DNA of 64,000 nt from Podarcis bocagei (GCA_964188305.1 OZ076890.1), one strand, 5' to 3'; counted from the first letter of the stretch, positions 1 to 14,078 are shown. Notes: generated by a model from the sequence alone, not told the origin. A program made the numbers and translations.

Positions 1-1425
1 TTTATTACGCTCCATTAAGTTATTGCTGTGTATTGTTTATAAGCTGCTTTGCGATTCATTTGAATGAAAAGGAGCATAGAAATATCATAAATCAGCCCTG
101 TTTGCAAGTCGAAAACTGTTGCATTTCCATCTCTGAACTAGGTGAGCTCCATCTCACATTTTCCACTGGTGGCGCATGGGCACATCAGCCCTTAGCTTGT
201 CACTAGTTTATTTCTCCACTCTGCTTGTTCTTCATTACAATAGAATCTCATTACAACACAATGTCATTATCCAAACATTACCAGAAAGTTCTGAGGAACA
301 ATCATTCATGTGAATTAATCATATTTGAATATTTCAAATTAATTAAGCCATTGTGAACATCTTCGTCAACAACTTTTTTTTTTACAGAGAAGTCTCAGAA
401 CATCAGCAGAGATGTTTTCTTGTACCACCTCGCTGCAGATGTGAGCTGTTTTTAAGGTGAAGCTGTTTCTGTTGCTGCATTGCTAACACCCAACTCGTAT
501 TTACTCAGAAGTCTCTTGTATCCTTCCTTACCCCCTATTTAAACAGTTGATTCATTTCACTTTTACCCATATCTGTACATCATGTTCCAAGCTGAATCAC
601 ATCCTCATATTCAGTGGGAGGTCAGACTCCCTTCTCAACATTGCAGATGGTGAACGTCAACTCTAGTTGCAAGTGTTTCTGCAAGTTTGTAAGGCGTTCT
701 GGGAGGAATTTGGGGCCAGATTTTCAGGAGCGATAAGCACATTAAGGCTGAAATCACAGCCCACATAAACCTCAAAGGTTTAGATTCTCTCCATAACCCA
801 AGCCTACACAAAGCTCTAGAGATGATGTGAAGATAAATACAAGCTAGACTTCGAACCCCCAGCATTGTTGCCAAACATGAAATGAACAGAGCTGCCCCCA
901 GTTGCAAATAACTGTGCGTCTAGACTAGAGACTGGGGATCATAGATTTTCAAGGGTTGTAGGTGGTATGATAAAAGCATCCTTGCCTGTGTGTGTATACA
1001 CTTCCAATCTCATCACCATCTCATCATCATTTCTGATGAAATGGAATTGAGGGTTTACAGTGTGGTCGAATGATGCTCAATCTGGAGAACTCCAGATTCT
1101 GTTGGAGTCCTACTCCCATCAGCCCAATGTTCTGGGATGATGACAACAGACTCCCAACAGCATCTGGGAACACCACGTTGGCTATCTTCTCTATCACAGT
1201 CTTCTCTTTGAAGGTGTCCTCTCTTTGAGGGCCATCTAGTCCAAGTCTGGTTTGCAGATAAGGAACCATAAAAAGTGGGAGGTCTTGGAGTGGCCCAACA
1301 ACAACTATTGGCACTTAGTCTGAGCAAGCGCACAAGTCATCTAGTGTCTATAGCATTCTATGCTTTAAATAGTTAAAGCATAGCAATTATTTCTAAATGT
1401 GTGTCTATACATATAATTTACCATA

Positions 1426-1667
1426 CAGTGGTACCTCGGGTTAAGTACTTAATTCGTTCCGCAGGTCCGTTCTTAACCTGAAACTGTTCTTAACCTGAGA
1501 CACCACATTAGCTAATGGGGCCTCCTGCTGCTGCCACGCCGCCGGAGCCCGATTTCTGTTCTTATACTGAAGCAAAGTTCTTAACCTGAAGCACTATTTC
1601 TGGCTTAGTGTACTGTGTAACCTGAAGCATATGTAACCTGAAGCGTATGTAACCCGAGGTACCACTG
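1426..1667 (+). mobile_element. Tc1/mariner (Tigger/pogo-like) MITE, family A
   Basis: TIR CAGTGGTACCTCGGGTTA...TAACCCGAGGTACCACTG with TA TSD. Confidence 0.92.
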
Positions 1668-2786
1668 TAAACAAATTTGATGCAAAATGATGTCCTCCCC
1701 ACTTTTTTGAGTGGGGAATGTTGCAAATCCTCTTTTTTGGCAATGGATAACTGGCCACAACATATAGGAGCAACCTAGCCTGAACTATTATGGCCAAAAT
1801 AGGGTCTGTAACATGTTTATGTCTTTGTTTTATGTCCTACAGCCTCTGTTCAGATTGAGCAAGACTCAAGGCCTTGATTCCAACCTTAATTCAGAATCCA
1901 GATGCACTTTCTGGACACCCCCCCCTGCAAATCAATCTCATTATTCCATATAAATTATGATGGAGTGCTATTTTCACATCTTTAATTTGGGTAGCATGTA
2001 CCTGCATCGCACAACATGACATTGGGTGGCTCTGCTTTCACTAAATAGTCCTATGAACAGAAATTAATTATAAGGCACATTTCCTGCCTTTTCTACCCTC
2101 CCAAGTATTGCAAATTCTCAGAAGAAGAAGAAAAAGAAGGATCTGAATTTCATAAATTATCATTATTGGGTCAAAAATTAAGACGAGCAAATCAACTACA
2201 GTATATCTGTAACAAGACAGATTTAAGTGATCCTCCAGAGACAAAACTGCAGCTACTCCTCATGTTGACATATGCTTCTTATGCCCAAATTACTTTGCAG
2301 TGCAAATTAGTACTGTCAAGCCTGAATATATTACAAATTAAGGGGGAGAAATTTATACTTCCTTCCCCCCCGAAAATAATATCTTTACTTTGAGTTATAC
2401 ACATAATTGCATATTATAGACTTGAAATTTTAATGGGATAAAACCGAAAGCTGTGAAATGCAGCTGTTTTTATTGAAATGATTTAGTGTCTCATGAATTG
2501 GCTTCAATAAATCAAGTTCTTTATGACCCAATGAGATATGATATGATTATTTTCAAAGGAGAGCGGCGAGGAAAGGCGGAGAAAGCAAGCCTCACTTTGA
2601 TACGATGCTATGGCTGCCTGCAGGTCTATTCACTTGATACTTTCTGGGAATATCCACCTGCTTATGAGACTCTGGTGCTTGTGGGCCTCTCTAACTCCTC
2701 TGGAAAGATCGAGGGAGCCATGCTGTGATGCTTTTACACACCCTCCGACACTTCTCCAATGGAAATAGGGGTGTCCTATTCCATAA

Positions 2787-2921
2787 TCATAGAATCACAG
2801 AATTGTAGACTTAGAAGGTACCCTTAGGATCATCTAATCCAATCCCTGGCAAGGCAGAAATAAGCAGGGATAGAAAATGCAACTTTGACATTATCAGCAC
2901 CATGCTCTAACCAACTGGGCT
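2787..2921 (-). mobile_element. tRNA-headed SINE with CR1-like tail
   Basis: Reverse complement gives an agcccagttggttagagcatggtgctgataatg head and a ...ttctgtgattctatgatt tail. Confidence 0.65.
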
Positions 2922-2944
2922 GCTTTTGCAAACCCTCCTATTCT

Positions 2945-3340
2945 AATAATAATTTTATTATTTATACCCCACCCATCTGACTGGGTTGCCCAAATCACTC
3001 TGGGCAGCTTCCAGCATATATAAAATCATAATAAAACATTAAACATAAAAAAACAACTTCCCAATACAGTGGTACCTCGGGTTAAGAACTTAATTCATTC
3101 TGGAGGTCCGTTCTTAACCTGAAACTGTTCTTAACCTGAGGTACCACTTTAGCTAATGGGGCCTCCCGCTGCCATTGCGCGATTTCTGTTCTCATCCTGA
3201 AGCAAAGTTCTTTACCCGAGGTACTATTTCTGGGTTAGCGGAGTCTGTAACCTGAAGTGTCTGTAACCCGAGGTACCACTGTACAAGGTTGCCATCAGAC
3301 GTCTTCTAAAGGTTGTATAGTTACTTATCTCCTTGGCTCA
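2945..3340 (-). mobile_element. L2-like 3'-end fragment with nested MITE
   Basis: Reverse complement of the same 3'UTR (tttatacccc acccatctg...cactctgggcagcttcca...gtcttctaaa), split at a TA by the 3067-3281 MITE. Confidence 0.75.
3067..3281 (+). mobile_element. MITE family A
   Basis: Same TIRs and TA TSD. Nested in an L2 fragment. Confidence 0.92.
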
Positions 3341-4159
3341 GTGGAGGGTTGTTGTTGTTTGCATAACTCCATACCCTCCAACATTTCTCTGATGAAAATA
3401 GGGACATCCTAAGGAAAAGCGGGACATTCTGGGATCAGATCAGAAGCTAAGACAGCTTCCATAAATCTGGGCCTGTCCCTGGAAAATAGGGACGCTTGGA
3501 GGGTCAGCTTTTGCACAGTGCCTGAAGCAGAACAGCGAATGCCACCTCACCGAGTAAAGACTGGTGAGAAAGTTGCTCTGGCACCAGAGACATAAAATCC
3601 CACACCCTAAAGAAAGTTTGCTTGGCTTCCTGACTGCAGCTTATGTGAGGGAAACGTGGTTTGCACAAAGCCAGCTTCTGGTTTGTTTCCTCGCCAGCAC
3701 AGCAGCAGCAGGAGCAGTTTGGGAACTTCTGAACGTTGTCAACTAGACCAATACTCATTCACATGAAACTGTAGGCTAGCAGTAAAAGGACCCCGGTCTA
3801 GAGCAACCTTTGGCCTGATCCAGCACAGCTCTTATCTTAAATTCTTATCTAATCTGATTCACTGTGGCATAAGATGTTATTTTGTTTACAGGTCTCCATG
3901 ATGGCATCGTTTCACATGTAGCATTGTGATACATCATGTGGGTAGATCACATTAAATGGAAGATGAGGACAACGTCAGAAGAGGATAACATATTGGGGCA
4001 TTTGGGATTGGGCGGCTTCTGTCAATTCATGATGTTTCAATTTAATCGGGACACTTGAGGGGGCTGGGATAATGAGGGCAAAGAAAAAAGAGGACCATTG
4101 CTCTGTGCAGGAGAACTAACAGGTGTGCAACAGGGGAGGTCTTTTTGACCCGAAAACAA

Positions 4160-4592
4160 ACAAAATGGTCAAAGGCCTGGAAACGATGCCTTATGAGAAA
4201 CGGCTAAGGGAGCTGGGCATGTTTAGCCTGGAGAAGAGGAGGTTAAGGGGTGATATGATAGCCATGTTCAAATATATAAAAGGATGTCACATAGAGGAGG
4301 GAGAAAGGTTGTTTTCTGCTGCTCCAGAGAAGCGGACACGGAGCAATGGATCCAAACTACAAGAAAGAAGATTCCACCTAAACATTAGGAAGAACTTCCT
4401 GACAGTAAGAGCTGTTCGACAGTGGAATTTGCTGCCAAGGAGTGTGGTAGAGTCTCCTTCTTTGGAGGTCTTTAAGCAGAGGCTTGACAACCATATGTCA
4501 GGAGTGCTCTGATGGTGTTTCCTGCTTGGCAGGGGGTTGGACTCGATGGCCCTTGTGGTCTCTTCCAACTCTATGATTCTATGATTCTATGA
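4160..4592 (+). mobile_element. CR1 LINE 3' fragment
   Basis: [41 protein letters not shown]...WNLLP is the CR1 ORF2 C-terminus. Ends in (TTCTATGA)n repeats. Confidence 0.95.
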
Positions 4593-6994
4593 AACACAAA
4601 ATTATAAATACAGTTTCAAACCAACCCTTTAAGAAATTTCTGTTGGCAGGCTGTTTTGCACGACCATGAAATTTGGCTGTGCAAAAGATTCCTCAGTGCA
4701 GCCTTCGTCAACCTGTGTTGTGGTCCAAAACATCTCAAGGATGTCAGGTTGACAGAGGCACCCTTAACGCAATATAGCAGCATTTTGGATGGTTTCATTG
4801 TCTAAAAACTAGGGCTGCAGTTTAGCCCTCCTTCATCTTTTCTTAAAACCCTTATTCACCCTCCTCTTTTTAAAATCTGCTTCTGTTGACATCCAACAGA
4901 CTCCTTTAAAGTCCTGGTTGGAACGGAAGTTTGTGGTTGATTTCAAAATGGCCCCAGAAAAATAGCATCATTAATGGGTGTCACATTCCAAAAGCGTTGC
5001 ATAATACAATAGCTGTTGGGGTATATTGGACAACTCATATTAAGATAAGGGAAAGTAAAACAGAAGCAAAAACAAACAATAAATCAATACTGCAAGATTC
5101 CACTATGAGAGTGCTAAGACAAACCACAAGAAAAATCCACTTTGTAGCAGAATTAAGCCCCTGTTGTGAAATTTACTCTTGGCTTCCAACACACCCCCTC
5201 AGTCTTTTTTCTCTTCCCTTTATTTTGCTGCACCCAGGAATGTACAGAAAGAAATTTACAAGCACTTAAAAGGCTCATGGGGCAGAAGGCTCATGACCCA
5301 AATTTGCATGAAATCTGCATATTTGTACAGTTGCCTCTTGGAAATTATGGGGTGAATGGCTGGGTTTCTCCAGCACTTCATTTTGCAGTATGCCCAGCCA
5401 CCCTATAAAATATGGGTTGTCTCCAATGAAATTCTGCTGAGAGTAGACTCACTGAAAACAACTGGACCCAGGTTAAGCATGCCCATAAATCTCAGTGAGC
5501 GTATATTCTGAGTAGAACTAACATTAGCTACGAGCCCCCCCCAAAAAAAAAATTTAAAAAAATGAGAGGAGGGGTCAGGAATCCTGGAACTACCACAAAA
5601 AGGCTGGGATACCCCCCTAACAATGCCTCTGCCTAGATAAATCAAAACTCATCTTGCACTCAATTTTGCCTTCAGAGTCTGTTACATGTGGAACCATAAT
5701 CCACAAAACACTGTTGATGGGGCAAATATTGATGAAATACTCAAAGCAACACATTCAAAACTGCATCTTCAGTTCATTCCTGAAAAATGAATGATGGTCA
5801 CAAAGGGACATATTTGTCACTGCAAGACAAAACCAGTTATGCCCTGCATAAAAGCACTCGCTATAGCTTTTCAGAGACATGGAATATATCTTATGAAATG
5901 GACGTGAGGCATGCTGTGTGGTGTGTACATCAATGTGGCAACCACCCTATCAAAGGTTCCTCTTCGAAGAGGATCTTTAAGTTCACGTTAAGTTCAATAA
6001 GGCTCTCGCTTGGAAAGTTATGAGTGATGCTAGACTTTATTATTAATAGAAATCCTTCCCCGATTAGCCTTAACACAGAAATGGCCATAACTTCAAACCG
6101 TGATTCATAACTCCCAGGAACGAGGGTGTCTTTCAGAGTGTTTTCAGGAAGCTGTCAGGATGGATCCAAATGACAAGTGCGTGGAATCTGCCCAGCCTGC
6201 AAATGCTACCCAACAAGAAGGCAATATTCTGTGCTGTCAGAAATGCAAAGCCTTGTGAAATATGAATAGCATCTTCACTGTCTACACAAAAGCTTCATAG
6301 CCAAACATACCATGAGAGGGAAATGGATTGTGAGACGTCTGAGAAGCAGTGCTTACTAATAACCTTTTATGTATACACAGATGAAGCACCTTTAAACCAG
6401 TTCACAACGAGATTAGCGGTGCACTCACAGGGCAGGGCTTTGGGGGGCAGAGGTAAAGGGCCCCACTCAGCAGAATGGATAAGGGGTCCCTGAATAATAC
6501 CACATTTTGAAGGAAGGAGTAATTGTCATCTAAAGACAGCCCCACCCGCTACTCCCCATGATATTATTAAGTCCACAGCCTTTCTTGAGTTCCCGGATGT
6601 TCTTAACTACAACTCCCATCATCCCTGATGGGTAGGAATGATGGGAGTTGTAGTCCAACAACATCTGGGGACTCAAGGTTGAGAAAGGATGGCCTAAAGT
6701 TACATGACTGCACCATCTCGCATCATGCACATGGTGGGCTGTAAGCATGAGCTTCAAACATGCATAGGACCTTTCGGTGAACTGGGACATTTGCACATAC
6801 ATTTGATCTGCAAAAAAGGGGAGATAGATTGCCTTGACAAGGCCTACTCAGACAGAAGTGTGCATGTATAGGCTGCCGCTCACACTAAACGCCCTATGAC
6901 AGAGCAGACCCAAATTAGAGAACTGGTTCCTTCACCTTGACACGTGCAGGATATGCAGGTCAGGCTGTGTGTGAAGGTGTCCTTGGACGCTGAC

Positions 6995-7690
6995 TTATTT
7001 ATAGCATTTTATACTCTGCTTTTTGACAGGACGCTCTCAGGACAGCTTACGTTTAAAAACCAAACCAAACCATAATCTACAGTAAGATGCAACAGAACAA
7101 AAACAAGCAACGCCAGGGAACGGGAAATCAAAACAGCAGAAAAAAACACTCAGGCCAACATAACCCAGATAAAAAGGCAAGTGAAAAGGACCTCAAATTC
7201 CATTAAGGGTAGAAAAGAACAGGACGGACTTCGCTTAGCTGCTAAAAGATAGCAAAGAAAGTACAAGGCAAATATGTTCCGAGGGGCTTCCATATTTTCG
7301 GTATCAGTACGGAAGATGTCCTTTCTCCAGTGTCATCCATATCACTTTCAAAGATGGGAGAAAGGCCTTTGAGGAAGCTATTAATTGGCAGGGAGCTTCA
7401 TGCAGAAGGAATAGGATCATGAAGATGCTCCAGCCCACATTGTCGAGGGTGTTATAGACAAGACCAATGCTTTTAACTGAGCCTGGAACCATACCAGCAG
7501 CTAGTGCAAATCTTTCAATAAAACTGTGATCCTGCCCATAGGGGTTGAGACTAGTTAACAGCCCACTTGCACATCATGGGCTAGCTTCCTTTCCCAAACG
7601 TTTTCCAAAACCGCCATGTACAACACACTACAATAGCCTACCCTGGATGTTGCTGGAACATGGAGATTGGCAAACCATCTCTCTTCAAGG
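6995..7690 (-). mobile_element. Old degraded L2-like LINE fragment
   Basis: Reverse-complement L2-type motifs (aactgagcctggaacc...gctagtgca; ccatgtacaacacactacaatag) and a tttattt 3' tail. Confidence 0.5.
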
Positions 7691-7701
7691 AGAGAAACAT
7701 A

Positions 7702-8320
7702 CAGTGGTACCTCACGTTAAGTACTTACCGTATTTTTCGCCCTATAGGACGCACTTTTCCCCCTCCAAAAATGAAGGGGAAATGTGTGTGCGTCCTATGG
7801 GGCGAATGCAGGCTTTCGCTGAAGCCTGGAGAGCCCCACCGCCAGCCCCACAAGCTCGGGGGACAGCGGGGAGGCGCAGCGCGCCATCCCGCTGTCTCCC
7901 GACGTGGTTTGGAGGCTGGCGGCGGGCTTCCCCCTCTCCCAGCCGCGCAAGCTGCCAGAGCTGCCTGTTCTGGGGGTTGGGGTCGGCAGAAGCCCGGGCT
8001 TCCCCCCCCCAGCCCCAAGCTGGGGGGGAAATAATTTTTTCCCCCTTTATTCCCCCCCCCCCAATCTAGGTACGTCCTATGGGCCAGTGCGTCCTATAGG
8101 GCGAAAAATACGGCAATTCGTTCTGGAGGTCTGTTCTTAACCTGAAACTGTTCTTAATCTGAGGTACCACTTTAGCTAATGGGGGTTCCCGCTGCCACTG
8201 CACGATTTCTGTTCTCATCCTGAAGCAAAGTTCTTAACCCGAGGTAATATTTCTGGATTAGCGGAGTCTGTAACCTGAAATGTATGTAACCTGAAGCATA
8301 TGTAACCCGAGGTATCACTG
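7702..8320 (+). mobile_element. MITE family A with nested family-B MITE
   Basis: TIRs at 7702 and 8320. Interrupted at gtactTA|attcg by the 7728-8113 element. Confidence 0.9.
7728..8113 (+). mobile_element. Tc1/mariner-superfamily MITE, family B
   Basis: TIR CCGTATTTTTCGCCCTATAGGACGCAC at a TA site, with a GC-rich interior. Confidence 0.9.
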
Positions 8321-8482
8321 TATTTTGTGTGTGTGTGTGTGTGTTTAAAGAAGGAAAGTATTCCTTGCCACAGCCTGTGGTAACACCATCAGCAAGTAAG
8401 GAGGAAAAAGACCCCAGAAAGAAAAGCTTTCACTCAACTTATTTTACAGCAGAAAAATATATGAGCAGACACAAACAAATAT

Positions 8483-8483
<1 letters not shown>

Positions 8484-8524
<41 letters not shown>
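8484..8524. repeat. (CA)n microsatellite
   Basis: About 20 pure CA units. Confidence 0.97.
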
Positions 8525-8526
<2 letters not shown>

Positions 8527-9961
8527 TTCTGGTTATCTGTAACTCAGAATTAGAATGCACCAGTGGGTCAAGGAGGCCTTTAGCACAGTTTTCCAGAACG
8601 TCAGAAACAGACAGGTGGAAATACACAATTGGGGTTCCCAGGTCTGCTTCTGTGTAAGAAGGCTGGCAGAGGGATGCCAGGGGCTGAGTTTATCTGTACA
8701 GTGATTCTTTTAAACTTTAATTCTTTAAAGAGACCATACTTCCAAGAAAGCACCATGGGATCACAACCTTAAGGTGTTAAGTACACACAGAACAACAACC
8801 TGTGGAACCCGAAGTGAAGTTACAAGGTACTGAGTTTTTGAACTACATCCATAACTGTCAATTCTGTTTGCATAGAAAATACCTAATGAAGTGTAAAGGC
8901 AAACCAACATGCAGCTTGGCCCCTTCAGGACAACAGGTTTCCATTTGACCTTGTTTGAGAAGTAATTTAAGACATCTATGCTAGAAACTGTGAACTTAAA
9001 AGCACACATGCAAACTGTGTTCCAGTTACGGAGGCTTTCTGGAAGTACGTCAACTCCTTTCCTCCACCTGAACCATCTTCGTACAGACAGTATTTATTTA
9101 AATCAACGAGGAATGAATAATCTCTTTTGCTTAACACCATTTCGCTTTTGGAAAAGTTAGTGAAGCAGCAAATGCATAACCAGGGGAACAGAAAAGCGAT
9201 GACTCTGTGTTTGTCAGTCCAAAGGAGCAGAGTCCCTATTTTGAATGATGAGTCATTTCTTTTGATCCCCACTAAACAGCATGGGTGCGTTCAATCTTCA
9301 GGGAAGTGGAGAAACACTTTTGCTGATGGCTAGATAACATCCACCCTTTTCTTGGAGGGTGGTGATGGAGACTGCCCTGGAAAATTGTTACACAGGCAGT
9401 ACAGAGATGTTTCTGCTGCTGTGTTGACAGTGCCTAGTATGTCAGCCCAGGTCTTCAAGCAAACCTCAGGAAACTTTCACCTATAGCAGGATCAACAATT
9501 TCCCCATGATAATCAAAATCTGCAACATACAGGAATCTAACCAGTTAGGAATAGGTGCTTCTCATACAATCTAAGCTAATGTCTCTTGGACCACACATAA
9601 TATTTTCTGTATAAGAACACCCAGTGCTTTTTTCCCAGGGGGTTGTTGTTAAGAACTGTGGCCCTTACTCTGTAACAACTTCATGGTGAGTACCGGCACC
9701 TGTTTTTCTGGGGGGGGGGAGCACTGAGAACACCCAGCCTCAGATTACATAGCTCTGAATTTCTATGAACCCGGTCAGGTCCACTTCAGTGTGGTTTCAG
9801 GATTGCTTTTGGTGCAGAAATTGCCTTTCCCACCCTGATGGCATATTCTAAGAGATGAGGGAAGAGAGGACTCTAAGGCCTTATTAGAGTCCTATAGGTG
9901 TTTCTGACATCACAGAATCTTAATTGTGATAAAAAAATAGGGAGTCAATTGATGATGTTTG

Positions 9962-10315
9962 AACAGTCCAGTATACCTGAAGGAGCATCTCCACCCCCAT
10001 CGTTCTACCCAGACACTGAGGTCTAGCACCGAGGGCCTTCTGGCAGTTCCCTCACTGCGAGAAGCCAAGTTACGGGGAGGTAGGCAGAGGGCCTTCTCAG
10101 TAGTGGCACCTGCCCTGCAGAACGCCCTCCCACCAGATGTCAAAAGAGAAAAATAACTGCCAGACTTTTAGAAGACATCTGAAGGCAGCCCTGTTTAGGA
10201 AAGCTTTTAATGTTTGGACTACTGTATTTTAATATTTTGTTGGAAGCCGCCCAGAGTGGCTGGGGAAACCCAGCCAGATGAGGGGGGTATAAATAAATAA
10301 AAATAAAAATTATTA
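9962..10315 (+). mobile_element. L2-like LINE 3' fragment
   Basis: PVYLKEHLHP...LRS...LLAVP......RAFSVVAPAL.NALP, an L2/CR1-group C-terminus. The same 3'UTR recurs at 15125 and 28457. Confidence 0.85.
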
Positions 10316-12662
10316 TTGACCAGTGAGTCAACCCTTCATCTGCTTGATCAGGAGGAAGGAAGAGACACTTGTATCTCCTGAATGAGAAAGTTTGGAGGAA
10401 GGAAACAACAGAATATATTAAGAAACACGTCAGAGAGGGTAAAATTAGAGAAGACGGAACCTTAAAACACAGTTGTATGTAATTTGGGTTAGAAACATCC
10501 ATGTTGGTTGAGCGACAAGCCACTAGTTTTGTTGAATTTGAATATAATTGTTGAGCAACAAATGTAATTTTCTATATGAAAAAAGAGTAAAAATATTACT
10601 GAGGAAGCGCTCCAGTTGAATGGGGTGTACATTTGTGTGGTCACAGTCTGTACTACCATGTCAAAAGAAACAGTGCTGCTAAAGATAGAAGCTGCTCTTT
10701 ATTCTGGGAATCCTCCTTGCTAGGAACACTCTATGATTATATAATAAAGTCAGCCCTGCTCCCTGTACATGCTAAACTGAGTCACAAATAATGTTGCAGC
10801 AGCAGCTCCACTGACATTTTAGCTTGACCTTTACATCTACGGCAATGTCAGCCCAGACATCCTACACACTTCCAAGATAGTTAATGGGTCATAACAGTTC
10901 TACTGATTTTGCATTATGCTTGCCGGGACCCAGAGGCCCTCCTTCAAGGTCAAGGGGATGTTTTCCCTCCACCTCAACAGACGAGCTCATATTTCATACA
11001 CCTGCAGTGAATGGTAAATAAGCAAGTCGACTGAAGAATTCCCCTTTCAATCTACCTCGAATAAGGACGTGTTCAAGTTGGGCGGACACCAGCGTTTGCT
11101 TCCTCTCACATCATCAAAATCGTCTCAAATTACTCCAATATGGGGCTCCTCTGGGGACAATACTGTGTGGTACATATTCCCTGAACCCAGGTGGCATGAC
11201 TGTGATAGGTCAGGTTTATAGCTCATTGCTTCAGATTTCCGAAGAACAATTAATTGCCCACACTTCCTCACCGGTTTAGCCACCTCTCTGGCTGAGGACA
11301 TTCATCACTATTTGAAGGGCTGTTGTTTATGCATCTTTGCGGCTCTCGTTAGTTTGCTCGGCTTCTTTAAAGAGAAAAGACGCTGGTTAAATATGAACAA
11401 AGCGGCAGTAGTTATCAGCAGACTCCAGCCTAAAGGCCTGATGTTCAGGAAGTATGTGGGGCAGGCTTGGCTTAGGGTCTAGCATGCATAGACAGCTGCT
11501 GGGCTCTACCTCTCCCCACAGAGACGGATGAATTATATACCATCTTTGCTTGGCTTTGGGTAGGTGAAACAGCAAATCATTTATAGCAGAGTGCAAATGC
11601 CTCAGTAGCTTCAATGTTCCAGCAGCCTTCAGCAACCATTATAGGGTAGGAAACACTGGCTGATAGCAGAAGCCTTTTAAAGTACTTCTAGTTAATTAAT
11701 TTATTGAAAGAACTGATACGGTGGCCTTTGGCGGAAGTGTTTTTCAGGGCAGCTTAGAAATTAAATAGTAAAATACGAAGTAAAATGCATACCAAAACAG
11801 CCATCTGAATGAAGAGGGAGAGGCAGTAAAAAATAAAATAAAAATGAGGTTCTGGTACTCATATGTTGAGAAAAACGCCATGGCTGCTAGCACAAAATGG
11901 CTGCAGTAGGCAGAAAGAAAGAGGTGTTGGTATTCTGTACCAGAGAATACTGTTGCTTAAAAAAACCTCCTAATGTTTACTTCCTTACCCTAAGAAGGCA
12001 AAGAGGAAAGTATCAGTTTCTCAACACGCTCAATTACACTTGCCCAAGCAGCAACAGAAAAGCAAACATCTTCTGTATCCTGAACGTGAGGGCAGTGGGG
12101 AGGCATGGCTGTGGCACACATAAGTGATAAGGGCCCAGCCCACATAGACCTTCAGCTAGTGTTTCACTACGTGGGAAGGCTTGTGTTCGCCTCCCTTTTG
12201 CTTGCTTCTGCCTCTGCCAAGGGGAGCAAGCAGTCATGTTTGGCAGATAACACCTGCAATTCTGTTACCCTGCAATTCTGTTACCCATACAAACCTGGAT
12301 GAATGCAAATTATGCTGGGGTAAAATTTAGGAGAAATCAAGATGTTGATGTCAATTAACAGGGTAGTTTTCATGCTGTGTTGCTTTGCCTTTTTTTTACT
12401 TTTGAGTGAAATTATTTCAATGGCGTTCTTTTTGATCTTCGTGAAAAGTGGTGACAGGCATAAGTAAATGCTGACTTGATAATGACTCTAGCTTAAAAAA
12501 GAATTTTTTGCATAGTTTCTATTTGCATTCTTTCTATTATTTATTTGCTCTTTTGCACACTTACACTCACTCTTATCAGAGTATCACTGTAGCTGTAGGA
12601 CTGGAGTGTGGAGCTTTTCTCACCCTGAGAGCCACAACTCCTTCTGGGCAAACTTCTGAGGC

Positions 12663-12958
12663 CAGAGCTTTCCAAACTGTGTGTCGCGAGACGCTAGCAT
12701 GTGGGCTGCAGGGCGTAGGTGTGTTGCACAATAATAATAATAATAATAGTAATAAATTGTATTTATATCCCGCCCTCCCCAGCCGAAGCCGGGCTCAGGG
12801 CGGCTAACAACAATAAAACAGTAGAAAAGTACAGCACAATCTGTATCCGTAGGGTTCAGTTTAACCTCTGGTTTGCTAGAAAAACCGAATCACTACGCCG
12901 TGAAATGACCGCATGTCTAAAAAGCGTGTTGCCAGCACGAAACATTTGGAAAGCTCTG
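12663..12958. mobile_element. hAT-like MITE
   Basis: TIR CAGAGCTTTCCAAA...TTTGGAAAGCTCTG with TSD-like ttct(g)aggc. Confidence 0.75.
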
Positions 12959-13829
12959 TTCTAGGCAGTGACAGGTGCTTTGATGGGATGGTGCCACTCA
13001 CGTAACCTCCAGTAGATCACCCTGCTGCAGCTTACCTAGAGGGAGAGGGTGGCAAGGTTGGTGGGGTGCACATAAACCTTGCCAACCTCCCCCCATCTCC
13101 TCTACCTCCCAGTAAGAAGCAGTGCAGGAAACAGGTTGGGTGAGCAGCAGCCCCACTCCCACCACCAGCTATGACTACCCAGGGCCCTGGGTCAGTGGAG
13201 GATGCAGCCAGAGGCAGAGGTAGGCAGAGCAATGAAAGGAAATTTTACTTGGTGTGCAGTAGACTACTTTCTCCATGCTCACACATGTGTCCTCCATCCA
13301 GGCAAGGAAGAGACTTGATCAGATTCCAAGGTCACATTCCAAGGCAGGCAGCTAAAGAGTACAGCTCAGGAGTGTGTGTGTGTGTGTCCTCAGGGGCCAG
13401 ACAAAGAGGCTGCACTTGGCCCCCATGCCAGAGGTTCGCCACCCCTGCTGCAACAGCTAGAAACTTACCCTTATGAGCCTGCAACTGGATGAGGCCTGCT
13501 CTGTGGGTCTGGTTCCTCGTGGCAGCTCAGGAACTCAGAAAATCTATGTGATGCCATGCTTGTTAGTTATCTGTTTGGTGATTCTCTCTGATGGAATTTT
13601 TATCATTATATTTTAGGATTGTTTTGTGCTGCAATCCACCTAGACAGCAACGTTACTGGGTGGTTATTTATAAAATAGAGCAGGCGAGTGAATAAATTTA
13701 ATAGAAAAAGAAAAGTCTCTGGAAGCCAACTTCTGGAGCTAGCACCAAGATTCTGCACTTTGTCTGGGCCCCTGTGAAAGCACGGCAGATGTGCAGCACT
13801 TAAATATCTCACGGTAAATTTGGGCAATA

Positions 13830-14078
13830 CAGTGGTATCTCGGTTCTTGAATTTAATCCATTCCAGGAGTCCATTCAACTCCCAAAACACTTCGAAAACC
13901 AAGGCACGGCTTCTGATTGGCTGCAGGAGATTCCTGCACTCAACCGGAAGCCGCGGAAGCCACGTCGGACATTTGGCTTCTCAAAAACGTTCACAAACTG
14001 GAACACTCACTTCTGGGATTGTGGTGTTCAGGTTTCTGATCTGTTTGGGAACCAAGCCATTTGAATACCAAGGTACAA
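13830..14078. mobile_element. Tigger-like MITE (related TIR, different body)
   Basis: TA|cagtggtatctcggtt...ccaaggtac. Body similar to 62057-62285 and to the ends of 53147-53892. Confidence 0.75.

Noticed and set aside
10960-11020. Possible + strand 33-nt micro-exon (ccctccacctcaacag|...AATG|gtaaat)
   Set aside because: Antisense to KLF12, with no recognisable peptide or partner exons. Such motifs arise by chance in 64 kb.
12253-12288. 16-bp tandem duplication cctgcaattctgttac x2
   Set aside because: Ordinary slippage duplication with no further structure.
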